From the human T2T-CHM13v2.0 reference genome, Homo sapiens, in assembly GCF_009914755.1 (NCBI RefSeq), contig NC_060925.1: DNA of 64,000 bases; one strand, given 5' to 3'. Numbering within the stretch: the first letter of the stretch is position 1; each line of letters begins with the position of its first letter. The notes beneath the pieces were generated by a model. It was not told the DNA's origin. It saw only the letters and a list, made by a program, of their open reading frames with translations, and searched no databases. The position numbers were made by a program, and so were the translations under genes. Positions 28,790 through 41,757 of the stretch are shown here, piece after piece.

Positions 28790-29435
28790 TGACTCTTTGC
28801 TCCTAGATCTGGTAACTTCAGCAATTTTAAAAAAGAACAACAAAGCTGAAAGACTTAAACTGCCTGAGTTCAGGACCCACTATTAAACTACAATAATCAG
28901 GACAATGTGATATTTGTATAAGGGTAGATAGATCAACAAAACAAAATACAGAGTCTAGAAACACACCCATGTATACATGATAAACCAATTTTTTTACACA
29001 TATTTCAAAATAATTCAGTAGGGAAAGGATATTATTTTCAACAAATGGTGCTGGAATAACTAGACAGCCACATTAAAAAAATATATAAATCCACCTTTAC
29101 CTCACATCATATACAAAAATTAACTCAAAATCAGTTATAGATCTAATGAACAAGCTAAAATTATAGAACATCTAGGAAAAAAAAACAAGAAAAAATTTGT
29201 GACATTGGGCTAGGCAAATATTTTTTAGGTAGGCTATAAAAGGCATGAATCATAAGAGAAAAATAATAAACTGGATTGATCATAATTTAAAGTATTTGTG
29301 CTTCAAAAGTTCCTGTTAAGAAAATTAGAATGTAAAGCACAGACTGGGAGAAAATATATCCAAAGCATATATTTGATAAGGGACTAATATCCAGAACATA
29401 TTAACTTTTATAACTCAGTAATAACAGAACAAATG

Positions 29436-29484
<49 letters not shown>

Positions 29485-30330
29485 TAGCAAATAAGCATAT
29501 GGGAAAATTTTCAATGTCATTAATCATCAGGAAAAATCAAATTAAAATCACAATGAACTACCACTATACACCCAACAGAATGGCTGAAATTAGTAAGACT
29601 GGAAATACCAAGTGGAAGGACACAGAATAATTAAAACTCATACACTGCTGGTGGGAAATGCAAAATATTATAGCCATTTTAGAAAAGATTGGCATTTCTT
29701 ATTAAGTTAAACTTACACTTGCCATATGACCTAGTAATCCTATTCCTAGGTGGGAAATATATGAAAATGTATGCCCAAATAAAAACTTGCACTCACAGGT
29801 TGACAGCAGCTTTATTAATACAATAATAGCCAAAGACCAAAAATAAGTCAAATACTCATTAAATGGTGAATGGACAAAGAAATTATGTTCAATCAAATCA
29901 ACTAATACTACTGAGTAATAAATAAGAATTACAATATATCTCCAATATTGTGTTCTAGCAAATCAACTAACACTACTGAGCAATAAATAGGAATTACAAT
30001 ATATCTCCAACAACATGGATAAATCTCAAAAGCATCATGCTAAATGAAAGAAAGTAAATCAAAAGACTATGTACTGTATGATGCCATATATATGAAATCC
30101 TAGGAAAGAGAAAGGTGTAGTGACAAAACACAAATCAAGGTTGCTAGGCGTCAGAGGTGGGGAGAAGGAATTTACTGCAAATAACTATGAGTTAAATTTT
30201 TGGGGTGATGAAAATGTTCTGTATCATGACTGTGATGGTGGTTAAACAACTGTATACAATTGTCAAAAAAGAATTGTGCACTCAATTTGAAATTTTATTG
30301 TCTGTAAATTATATCTAAAAAAGATGAATT
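28790..30330 (+). mobile_element. Old L1M ORF2 end / 3' UTR remnant
   Basis: ttcaacaaatggtgctggaataact, catcatatacaaaaattaactcaaaat, acatggataaatctcaaaagcatcatgctaaatgaaag. Confidence 0.85.
29441..29481. repeat. (TA)20 microsatellite
   Basis: Perfect TA run inside the L1. Confidence 0.95.
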
Positions 30331-33300
30331 AGCTGAACGATCTGGTTCTACTGAATTAAAATTCTATGTAGAGTATCAGAGTGTGATTACAAAATGTTTT
30401 GAGAGGATACTATAGAATTTCTTGTGTAATTTTGGTAGGGTTTTAGGATGTTCTGAAAGCAAAGGCCAAGGAACAATGACTCATAGATGATAGTCCCACA
30501 ACAGTCTACACAAAAAAAGGTAAATATAAATTTATATCTCCCTTACTCCCATTAGTACCATGCCTAAAATACTTTGTTTACAGAATTACTGTTTCTGATG
30601 AATGAACCATTAAAGAGAAACACCGAGTACAGAGTTTCAGATTGGGAAGATGAAAAAATTTCTAGAGATGAATGCACAACAATATGAATGTACTTAATGC
30701 CACAAAACTGTAAACTTAAATGGTTAAAATGGTAAATTTCATATTATGTATATTTTACAACAATAAAAATTTTTTTTAAACATTGGGGGGTAGGGGAGAG
30801 GCACTCCAAAAAAATGTACATAAATCTAGAAATGCACAGGAAGTTCATTTTGAAAGAGTTCCTTTGGTTTGATTAATAAAGACTATTCTACTGTTGCTTT
30901 CACAAAATCAAGCTTAATAGTGGTTATTAGGTACGATTCTACTAAAGGAAATTGTGCTTACCAACTCTATCCAAGCTTATTTTTAATGTTTAGGGCTCTT
31001 ACCAGAATATAGTTTTTGCTTGTAACAGTTTGAGTTGTCTAACACAGACAGGAAAAACACTGGGAGCTCCAAAAAGGTTCTACATTTGGATGGCCCAAAT
31101 ACATGTCATTTTGTCATCTAAATTAATCTGCAAACTAAACTGAACACAAATACTCAAAACATGCTAACAGAAGCCCTAAAGTGACTGTGGCCTGGGGTTA
31201 AATAAGGTCACACAAGAACTGCTAAGATAAACATCAAATTCATGTCATTTGGTAAACGAGAAAGCCATCTGTGCAATTCACTGTGGGTAAACTGCAGACT
31301 GACTGGGGCTAGACATTTGTCAAACATAGTCGTTATTAATAGTCATGCCAATAAGTGTTAAAAACCCAAAAATCCCTAGATTTAAGTCCAGAGATGGCAG
31401 AGTTGTAGTAATCTACCTAAAGCTGGCAGGACATTTCTATTAAGAAATAGCATTAATAGAACCTTCTATTACATTAATAGAAAGTAAGTTCAAAGGGCAC
31501 ATGCCAAGAACAGGAAAGAATGTATGCGCTTTAAGCAAGTTCTATGTACTATCTGGAGAACAAGTTCTGAGTTACAGGCTAAGTGGATTTTAGGAGGGCA
31601 ATTTCAATTTAGGCAGGAAATAAATAATAATGATAGTAGTAGTCGTTATCAGTAGCAGCAGTAAATTCTTACATCATGCTTCCTATTTGCCAGATATTAG
31701 TTCTAAGCACTTTCATTATATTAACTTGCTTAATCCTTCTAACAACATTGTGAGGCTGGCAAACCATTGTCTTCATTTTGCAGAGATGAAGAAACAGGCT
31801 CAGGAAGACTAGGTAACTTTCCCATTGTAACCCAGATGAGAGGTGGCAGAGCCATCTCAGGGTGTCCTGCTCCAAGTCCAGAGTTCTTGCTCTTAATAAT
31901 ACTATATTGCTTGTCTTTGGAAAACACCACTGCTTTCCTGGGAAGCAAGAAGGTTAAAGGAATTGTTCTACTGTAGACCAGACTGGAGAGTAGTATTAGA
32001 AAGAACTAGTGAGAAATGAGGAAAAACTTTCAACATTTATTAAAAGCCTGCCATGTACCAGGCATTTTATATTTTAGGATAGTAGGCAACTGACTACAAA
32101 AAAGTAAATGACTTACAGGCCCTGAAATTCACCTTAAACTTGTATTTTTAATTAAGTTTATTATTTCTTTGCATTTAAACACAAAGATATATCACAATGA
32201 TCAAATGCAAAAAAAAAAAAACATTATTTTACTTCATCTTCACAAGAATTCAATTCAGTTCTTTCAAAAAAATTTGCTAAGCATTTATGTACCAGGCACA
32301 AGACATATAAAAAAGGTGAATGTATTAAAAATTAAAGAAATTGGTTCCTGTTCTTTAAAAAAAAATCTATAGTCTACAATAACTCTTTGCAATTATTCTC
32401 ATTTTACATAGAAAGACACTGCTCAGATGGGTTAAATAACCTGTTTAGGGTCCAACCTGTAAATAGCTGAGACAGGATTTGAACTCAAGCCCTTCTAACT
32501 CCAAAACCTATACACTTTTACCCTACAGAAAGCTAAAAGTGTTTCTGAGTGTAGGGACCGGAAAAAAATTTCCAACTGACTTCAAATAACAAATACAAGG
32601 CAACTGTATTCTCGTTAATATTTTAGAACTGTGTCATGTTAGTTGAGAACTTGAAAAGAGGAAGTGTAAATTCTAGACTAAATCTTGGGTTACAGACCTC
32701 ACACAGATTGAATATAGAAGAAGTACACAGCAAGAGTCACTCACATTGTAAAATAGTTGAACATTTTAAAATACATATTACAGTGGACACGTATGGTCCC
32801 ACTGGAAATATATAAGACAATGTTACTTTCAAGAGTTCCCAGTCTTTGAAGCTGAAATCCTTCTCTCTTAAATCTTATTAAGTAGTTAATTGTAGCAGAA
32901 AGTTACTCAGTTAGGTCCCAATAGGCACAGGCCAGAAAGTCCTCTGAAAGCTGCCCTCAGTACCTGCACTGTCACAAACCTACTAAGTGTATTCTATAGT
33001 TAGAAAAAATGTATTGATATAACTTTCTGCCATTGATATAACTGTTCTACCTAAAAAGAACAAGATATTAAAGATACCATGCTTTATAAAGAGATGATCC
33101 TATTCATTGTGAGAAACTGAACTTATCCAGCTATATGCTATTTTATTTAACTTTGGAACTGCATTCATCAGTACGCATTTATGAGATGGCTAAGGTCTGA
33201 GGGTATAGGATGGAACCACTTGGCCATCTCAAAATCATTAGCCTAGATTTGTTAAATTATGCTTTGCCCAAACTGAATTAACCAGGGATAAATGATTTTG

Positions 33301-33353
33301 AAAGAAATAAGGGTTGACATGTGGGTGACAAAAAAAAATTAATTAAAAAACAG

Positions 33354-33672
<319 letters not shown>

Positions 33673-34734
33673 TTAAGGGAATGACTGAGGTCTTGAGAAA
33701 TAAATTTGAAACTGTGTTTTTAATGTTGAAATGTATCCAAAAAAAATCATATCCTAAAAACATTAAGAACTCAAAATGTGCTCTCTCCAAATTTACAATA
33801 TAAAAGAGAACGAGGACTGTCAAATATAAAACATGTTTTAAAACTAAAAATGCATAAATTACATATATTTAGATGTTCATAGATAACAATGATGTTAGTG
33901 TATGAAGATATTTGGTTAATATATGATAAAAAATGGATTCACAGAATCAGTTGAAAAATATTTTAAGCAGAACTAAAGCTAGTCCTCTGCCAAACTTTCC
34001 CAACTACATTTTATACGTTGTAATCATAGAAGAAAATCTGCTGACATATTTTAAAATGTAAAAACAAGGTTATAAGGGATAAGTTTCAGGATAATATGCT
34101 TAAACTCTTTTCAAATTACAATTTATGTGCAAAATTTTTTTTGAATTCCAGAATTTGCTATTTCATCTACGTTGTTGCACAACAGATCTCCAGAACTTTT
34201 CATCTTGTAAAACTGAAACTGCTATTTAATCTTAAGTGAGCCCTAAAACATTTTTAAATAATATGAATCAGCAAACTAAAAAGCAAAATATATTCAGTGC
34301 AGAGTCCATGAGGATACAATTAGGACAGAGGCTAAGTAACAATTTCTCTTTTAAGCAATGGTTTTCTTCAGTGTATAAATATTGTAAACATTTTTTTAAA
34401 TTAAGAGAATAATCTCCCTTAAGACCAGAGATAACATCTTCATGTATATATCCACAATATCTAGCTATATAAAGCACTCAATGATAATTGTTGATGGCAC
34501 CCAAGGAAGCCGTTTAAATAATGAAGTTTCATAATCTAATTTCAATTTATTCTTATCTGTTCAATAAACTGGTTCCCTAAAAACCACTACCAGAAAGACT
34601 ATTTTTGCCCTGTTTTTTAAAAACTTCCTTTTAAAAAATGTAATTGTATTGTAGGTTTCAAAATTCCCAGTTGACTGTGCTCACATAATAATCAACTCAC
34701 ATAAATGGTAGGTAAAGATAAGCTTCCTACTTAC

Positions 34735-34780
34735 CATATAGTTACCATAAGCATGATCAAACATTTCCAGTACTTGATTC
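34735..34780 (-). CDS. EDEM3: EDEM3 exon 2 (NQVLEMFDHAYGNYM)
   Basis: aattag|G ... ATG|GTAAGT; 46 nt; GH47 N-terminal F-x-HAY-x-x-Y motif. Confidence 0.97.
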
Positions 34781-35665
34781 CTAATTTTAAAAGAGCAGAA
34801 ATGGAAAAAAAAAAAAAAAAAGGTAAGTATATTCTATTTATTATCTTTCAAAAAGTTAATTCTTCCTCATAAAAAATATACCAATAAAAACAAAAGAAAA
34901 ATTTAGGTAGAAAGGGACATAAACAGAATCAGAAACTACAACAGCTAGCAGACAAGCTTTCATGAACTCACCACACAGAGCTGAGCCAAACTTTAATGAT
35001 TACTAGTAATTTATGTACAATTCATCTTATAATTTTTCCTAAGAAAACTGATGAATGATAGATGCCATCATCAGAGAAGGAAATCTGATGCAGAAAAACA
35101 ATGACCTCTTAACACAATTATTTAACGTATCTGTCTTGAAGCGGGGGTTTTGCTGGACAGCCCTTTAAAAAAACCATTATTATTGCCATTTATTGCTTCC
35201 CCTATATGTTCTACTAAGAGAGAGGTACACAGGTGTGTAGTGACATGAAATAACAACGCTTTATGAAGCCTCTGCCTTTGCACTTACATTGAATAAACCA
35301 CTAATGCCTAGTTTAAGTACATATTTATTAATGTTTGTCATATTTTCAAAAGATACTTTTTATGATGTGCTCTACTCTAAAAAAACTGTCAAAAATCAAA
35401 TAAATAGTATTCACTTCCAAAATGAGAAAACTAATGCTCAAAAAGAGAGTTGTGTGTTTTGGCGAATTCTGTTTCACAAAATCTCCGTAACCACTGTTTA
35501 AAATGGAGATGTCTGATCACTACACCAGAATTTTACTAAATCAAAACCTGTAAGGTTGCGACTGAGGAAGCAGCCTTTCAATTAAGCACTCTCAAGTTCA
35601 GGGACTTGAGGACTACAGGAAAAAGTACAAGTTAATTGTATGACCAGACAAGGCCAAATAATTAG

Positions 35666-36046
<381 letters not shown>

Positions 36047-36943
36047 TGAAAAAAGTGTTAAAGAAATTGCTGACTATATTTTTATTTGCCTCCTGTTATA
36101 CTGCAATTGTCATTTTTAAAACTATAATCACAGATTATGAAATACTGGTAATAATAGAGCTAGCAAACAGAAAAGACCTCAGTTCCAGATCCTGACTATG
36201 AACACCAACAAAATCAAGTACACTCAAACTTGTGAACGAATTAAGTCCTGACAACATATGAATAATAACCACTTAAAAACATTTCATTATTTAAAAAAAG
36301 ACCTTACCACCACTTTGCTAAAGCACTAATTCTTTGTAAGTTTACATATATATATATGTTTATATATATATAATTTTTATATTTGTGGTTTACAGCTCTA
36401 GACTCTTATCCTGTCCTAAGCAGAAAAAAAAAAGTTTAAAATGTCCCTTTCAGGAACTCATATCAATGAATGGAAGATGGAAGTCCTCTTTTTTTTCCTT
36501 CCCTGAAATGGAATACGAGATTATTACCAAGAAGTAGAAATTCCTATAATTGGCAATGGTAGTGCCTAGACATGTATATTACAAATGACATAAGCTTTAA
36601 CTTGCTAACTCAACTTTACAAGCATTCAATTTTCAAGACTGTAAGTAAATCATGATTGCATACAAGGAGAATACACTATTTTCCAATCCTTACATTTATG
36701 CAGCATATGATGAGCAAATTTTAGAACACATATTTCAAAGTGGAGCTATTTAATATCATTGCTCTTACACATAGAAGCCTAACAAAGTCACATTTAAATA
36801 CAGAATGGTATAATAATTACTATACTGAACAGAAAAAAAAATTTCCATAATGTTTTATCTATTCAAAAACTGGATTAAAATGTATTGGAAATCAGACCCA
36901 GTTCAAAAATTACACCACTCTTCAGTAATTTCTGTAAGTCGGC

Positions 36944-37240
36944 TTTTTCTCTTTTTTTGAGACAGAGTTTTGCTCTTGTTGCCCGGGCTGGAGTGCAATG
37001 GCACGATCTCTGCTCGCTGCAACCTTCGCCTCCAGGTTCAAGCGATTCTTCCTGCCTCAGCCTCCCGAGTAGCTGGGATTAAGGGCATGCGCCACCACAC
37101 CTGGCTAATTTTGTGTTTTTAGTAGAGAAGGGGTTTCTCCATGTTGGTCAGGCTGGTCTCGAACTCCCGACCTCAGGTGATTCGCCCGCCTCAGCCTCCC
37201 AAAGTGCTGGGATTACAGGCATGAGCCACCATGCCAGGCC
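36944..37240 (-). mobile_element. AluSp/Sq
   Basis: Full-length; 15-bp TSD aagtcggctttttct. Confidence 0.93.
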
Positions 37241-38595
37241 AAGTCGGCTTTTTCTAAAGTTACGTCTCCTGCCCACGTGCTATAGAAACTGGATTGTTTT
37301 CTACTTCATTTTTTAATGAAAACATAACATTAACAAAATACCCTGTTGCAAAATTTTAAAAACAAAACCAAAAAGCTTATTCCATGAAGGATAAGACTAC
37401 ATATAACCAGCTAAGTAATTCCACAAAGTGTAAGTTATTGAGCAATTGCTTACTATTCATGACAATTCCAGTCTTTATCAACTATTTGGTTTGTTGGTGG
37501 GGAGGGAAAGGGGTGGGGCATTTTCTGCTTTTTATCATGAATCATTATTTGGGCTTTAAAAAATGCACAGGTAAACCTAATGAATCAAAGTTCAGTTTTC
37601 TGAAAATTCCCAGAGAAAGCAGTCATATAATTGTGTATTTGTCGTTTATAGCTCTAGATTCTTACCCTACCCTTACTCAAGGGTAGAGCAATCTAACAAG
37701 CCTAAATAATTGTAATTTCACTTTCATAAATGATCTCAAAATTTGAGCTGAAATTTCAAGCCAATTTGGTTGAACTTTTCCAGTTAAAAACTAATTTTGG
37801 TCAAAAATGATTTATCCAATGACTCTTTTACAAATAAGTTTTTAATAAAAAATGAAGAAAGGGTAGTGATAGTCAAATAAGATTCTTGTGGTTCTTAACA
37901 GACTTGATACTTCTCTTCCAAGTCTAATGAACGTGCAACATACTGGAGAGAGCCTGGCTCTGGGATCAGACAGGCTTGGGTTTGAATGCTGGCTCTACCA
38001 ATTACTAGCTTTGTGGCTGAACAAGTCAACCTTGGGTCTCAACTTCCTCATTTGCAAATGTGGATCATATTCATTGGGAAATAGGAAGGAGTACAGAGAT
38101 AACATATGTAAAGTATTCACAGAGTGAGATATTTGGTAAAACTTATCAATGATACATTAAATTCATATGAGAGAAAATGTAAGATATTTATTAGAGTTTA
38201 CCGGTAATTTTATTTTGATGGTTGATACTTCAGCTTTTTTCCATCAAGTGACCTTTATTGCTATTTAGAAACGAATACAAGACTCTTTGCAATGATTTAA
38301 AGTACATAAAGTAAGACCTGATGGTTCCACCACCCCTCCAGCCTAACCCCATGAGATAATCTTCGTTCCACTTTTTTTCTGAGCTCAGATTTTTTTTTTC
38401 TTTTTTAAAAAAAACATGGGATGATACTATACATATTATTCTACAACTTGCATTTTTTTTTGTTTTGGAAATATATTCTGGATAGGCTTCCAGTGACGTA
38501 CTTCCTTCTTCTTAATGTCTCAATATTATTCCATAATATGAACGTACCCTATTGAACCATTTCCTCCAAGGAAGAGCTGTTCTTTCAAAATGCAC

Positions 38596-38646
38596 TTTTT
38601 TTTTTTTTTTTCGAGACAGAGTTTCGCTCTTGTTGCCCAGGCTGGA
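38596..38646 (-). mobile_element. Alu 3'-end fragment
   Basis: Poly-T followed by gagacagagtttcgctcttgttgcccaggctgga. Confidence 0.85.
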
Positions 38647-39676
38647 TCTATCTCTGCATTAAGAGTGCTTTTATTTTCTTAGGGTAGATTCTCAGAAATA
38701 GAACTGATGAATCAAAGTGTGCACAATTTAAATTTTAGTAGATACTACCAATAAGTTACAGCAATTTACACTCTCACTAAGCCTTTTTTTTCTATTCCTT
38801 AACTAACCAGAACCGTATCCTTGTGTTTTGTATTATATTTACTAATCTGATGGGCAAAAACCAGCTAGCTCCTCGTTTTAATCTGCATCTCCTACGTTTA
38901 TGGAGGTTGAGTAACTTTTCATGTTTATTTACCACTTCCATTTCCTCTTCTGGCTTAACCGTTCATGCCTTTCTCCCATTTCCTACTGGTTCTTCGCTTT
39001 TTTCTTATTCATGTGTAGGACCTCGTGTATGTATTACTCTGAATTAAATGGTGTAAATAGAATTGATAATTTTAACACACTTCCAAGACGGATAAAAACT
39101 ACTGAATAGGTATACTTGAGACTTTTGAATAATTTCCCCCCAAACATTCTATTATGAAAATACAGTGCAAGAAAACACTGCAAGGAAATAGTAAAATGTG
39201 TAAAGTTCAAGTTCCAATGAACGCCCCCTTTTCCGTAACAGGTGTAAACATCATTTCCTTAACTACTGTGAGATCAGCAACATTTTCCCAGTTGGAAGCT
39301 CACTTGCGCGAGAAAGCTAACCATGCTTCGGTCGACAGGCAGCCAACCGCAGAACTCCAGCGCGCAGCGATGCGGGCTGTAGCCCCCTTCTTGGGCCACT
39401 GACATGGCAGCCGCGTTGACACACCGCGCCTGGCTTCAAGGAGCCTGCACATGTCACCGGCGGCCAGGGCGACACCCCGTCAGCTCCCCCGAGGTCAGGT
39501 CGCGGGCGGCGGTTCCCACCTCCCCGGACCCTGTCCACCCCTCTAGGGTTCTCGCGCGGGAAGAGCCGTTCCAATCGCGACAGGAGAGGCCACTACGCGA
39601 CCGGGTCGCAATGACAGGCACCCCTCCTGTTGTCAGCCTCACCGAGAAACCCACCCCAGGCTGCCAGCACCCTTAC

Positions 39677-39834
39677 CCAAGCTTCTGTTTCTCCTCCCTA
39701 CTCATGGGCTCGGCCCCCGCCGTCCACACGGAGGTGGCCGACACCAGGCAGAACGCGGCCGTCGCCGCCACTAGTCTCCATCGCGCTCGCTGGGGAACCG
39801 GGGACCCACAGCCCCGGCCGCCGGCTTCGCTCAT
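39677..39834 (-). CDS. EDEM3: EDEM3 coding exon 1 (aa 1-53; signal peptide)
   Basis: ggggccATG start; encodes [53 protein letters not shown], recognised as the EDEM3 N-terminus; donor GG|GTAAGG; 158 nt, phase 2. Confidence 0.97.
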
Positions 39835-39863
39835 GGCCCCGCGGTTCCGCGCACGCGCAGCTG

Positions 39864-39887
39864 CTACGCCCGGCCGGTGAGACACAT
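39864..39887 (-). promoter_or_regulatory. Upstream ORF (MCLTGRA*) in the EDEM3 5' leader
   Basis: gcaATG TGT CTC ACC GGC CGG GCG TAG; stop 29 nt before the main ATG. Confidence 0.65.
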
Positions 39888-40659
39888 TGCTGGACGCTGG
39901 TGGCCAGGGGGCTGCTAGCCGTGCCGAGACGGGGCGGGATGCGGAGTAACACGGACGGCCGCCGGCGCCAAACTGTTTCCCGAAGCCACCAAGCCGGTCC
40001 CCAGCGCCAGCGCTGCCACCGCCCTCCGCCCTCAGTATCCCGGAGCGCCTCCCCCAGCTTTCCGGTGTCGTAGTCTAGGAAACCGCCTCCCCAACGTTAC
40101 TTCCGGGTAGGGCCGAAGCCGTAGAGCCTCAGGACCAATGGAGACCTCATGGGAGAGGGGCTGTCTCCGGCGACTGGAGAGGGCATTGGCCAGGAGAAGT
40201 GAGACGTGGACAAAAGGCGGGACTGGGAAGGGATCTCTCGCTTCGACCCGCCTCCGACCCGCGGAGTTGCCCCCTGAGGACTACCAGTCCCAGTGTGCAC
40301 TGCTTCTTCCCCGGCTCTCCCGCGAGCCGACTCGGAGCCGTGTCTCTCGCTTCTACCCGGGGTAGGCGCGCTGCACCCTGGGACTTGCGGTCCTCCGAGG
40401 TCGCCAGTGGTTGCTGGGATCCCACCTCCCCCTTTCCTCGGCGCCCTACAGTCAACCCTGTCTCGGTGGGCTGCGGAGTCCCGGGAAACCCGTCAGCTGT
40501 TTATCTCTCTTCCTCAGAAAGTTGTTTCCCAGAGAGCTGGCTGAATGAGGCGCACTGTCCCCATGTCAGTGCTGCTGCGTTAGGGAATAGTGTTGGAGTA
40601 GTCGTCTACCCTCAGGGAAATTCCAAAACACAGTAACAGCAAAATGAATTGAGCCTTTG

Positions 40660-40860
40660 AAGGCATTGCGCTAAGGTTTTTACTCGCAATCATCTCATGC
40701 ACTCTTCTCAACTCTGATAGAGTAAGTACCACCATCCCCCTTTTGCAGACGAGAAAACAGAGGCTTAGAAAAGTTGGTTAACAAGAGCTCGTCACACTGC
40801 TGTATTAGAATCCATCCAGCCTCTGATTCGGAAGCCCTTGCATTTAACCACCGCGCAGTA
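40660..40860 (-). mobile_element. MIR SINE at the CpG-island shore
   Basis: catcccccttttgcagacgagaaaacagaggcttagaaaagtt. Confidence 0.7.
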
Positions 40861-41757
40861 CTACAAGGATGAAGGAGCACGTGGGTCCTCGTACATGATT
40901 AATAATAGTTACCTCAAAAGCTCAATGTAAGGAGAGCTGTGTGGGCTGCAAAGAAGGTTTAATGAAGGAGATTGGAACTTGCAATGAATTTTGATGACCG
41001 AGTCCCAGGTTAACTATTGGTAAAATGACACATCGGTTCCTCTTGAAAAACCACATTGTTTTTCTAGTGTGGTCATTCAATAGGTGCGGAGTTTAGGAGC
41101 TTCGATGTGATCTCTGTGACCACAGTAAATTACTTACGTGTCCTTTAAGCAGTATTCGGCGGTCTTTCTGGAAACGTTTCTTCCTTGACTTTTATCACCT
41201 TACCTCTTACCTCTTAACCTCTTACCTCTTCTCTGGCTGACCCGTTTTCCTTCATTCTCTCGCTACTTTATATTAAAATACAGGTGTTCCCTTAAGGTTT
41301 TCTTTTTGTCCTTTTTCTCTCTGTACTCTAATTATTCCTTGGTGATTTCTTCTCATAAGGATTCAGCCAACATATCTCTGTGGTTGATTTCTAAATCAAT
41401 ATCTGTCCTGATCATTAGACCCACATTTCCACCTCCCTAATAGAAATGTCCTAATGTCTAGCCCAAGGGTAGCTCAAACGTAAGATGTTTTCTGATTCAA
41501 ATTAATGCATCGGAATCATTGTCAACTCATCTTTAGCCTTCGGGGTCCACGTGCAATTAATTACCAAATTATATAGATTTTACCTCTTCTATCTTTCAGA
41601 TTATTACCTTTCTTTCTATTCCCACTTTTGCTCCATTCAAGCTTCCATTACCTCTCTCCTAAACTATTGCAGTGTCTCAATAAATGTTAAATATACTTGC
41701 TTCCTTATTCCTGCAGTTTTCTTATCTATAAAGTGGGAATAATATGGTCCTTTTATC

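Larger units (their letters stand above)
39300..40560. promoter_or_regulatory. CpG island / TATA-less promoter of EDEM3
   Basis: Abrupt GC- and CpG-rich block in AT-rich surroundings, spanning exon 1; ETS ACTTCCGG 40099-40106, CCAAT 40135-40139, ATTGG 40185-40189, GC-box-like AGGCGGGAC near 40215; the exact TSS cannot be determined from sequence. Confidence 0.92.

Noticed and set aside
40135-40209. Canonical ERSE or ERSE-II
   Set aside because: Neither CCAAT has CCACG at N9 spacing, and ATTGG is followed by CCAGGA rather than N-CCACG
40355-40372. Plus-strand donor-like site GGG|GTAGGC suggesting a spliced divergent lncRNA
   Set aside because: Divergent transcription is plausible at any CpG island, but no downstream exon can be supported from sequence alone
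39154-40636. Overlapping long ORFs on both strands (up to 158 aa)
   Set aside because: Expected from stop-codon scarcity in a CpG island; Pro/Arg/Ala-rich with no recognisable domain; only the EDEM3 exon 1 frame is supported
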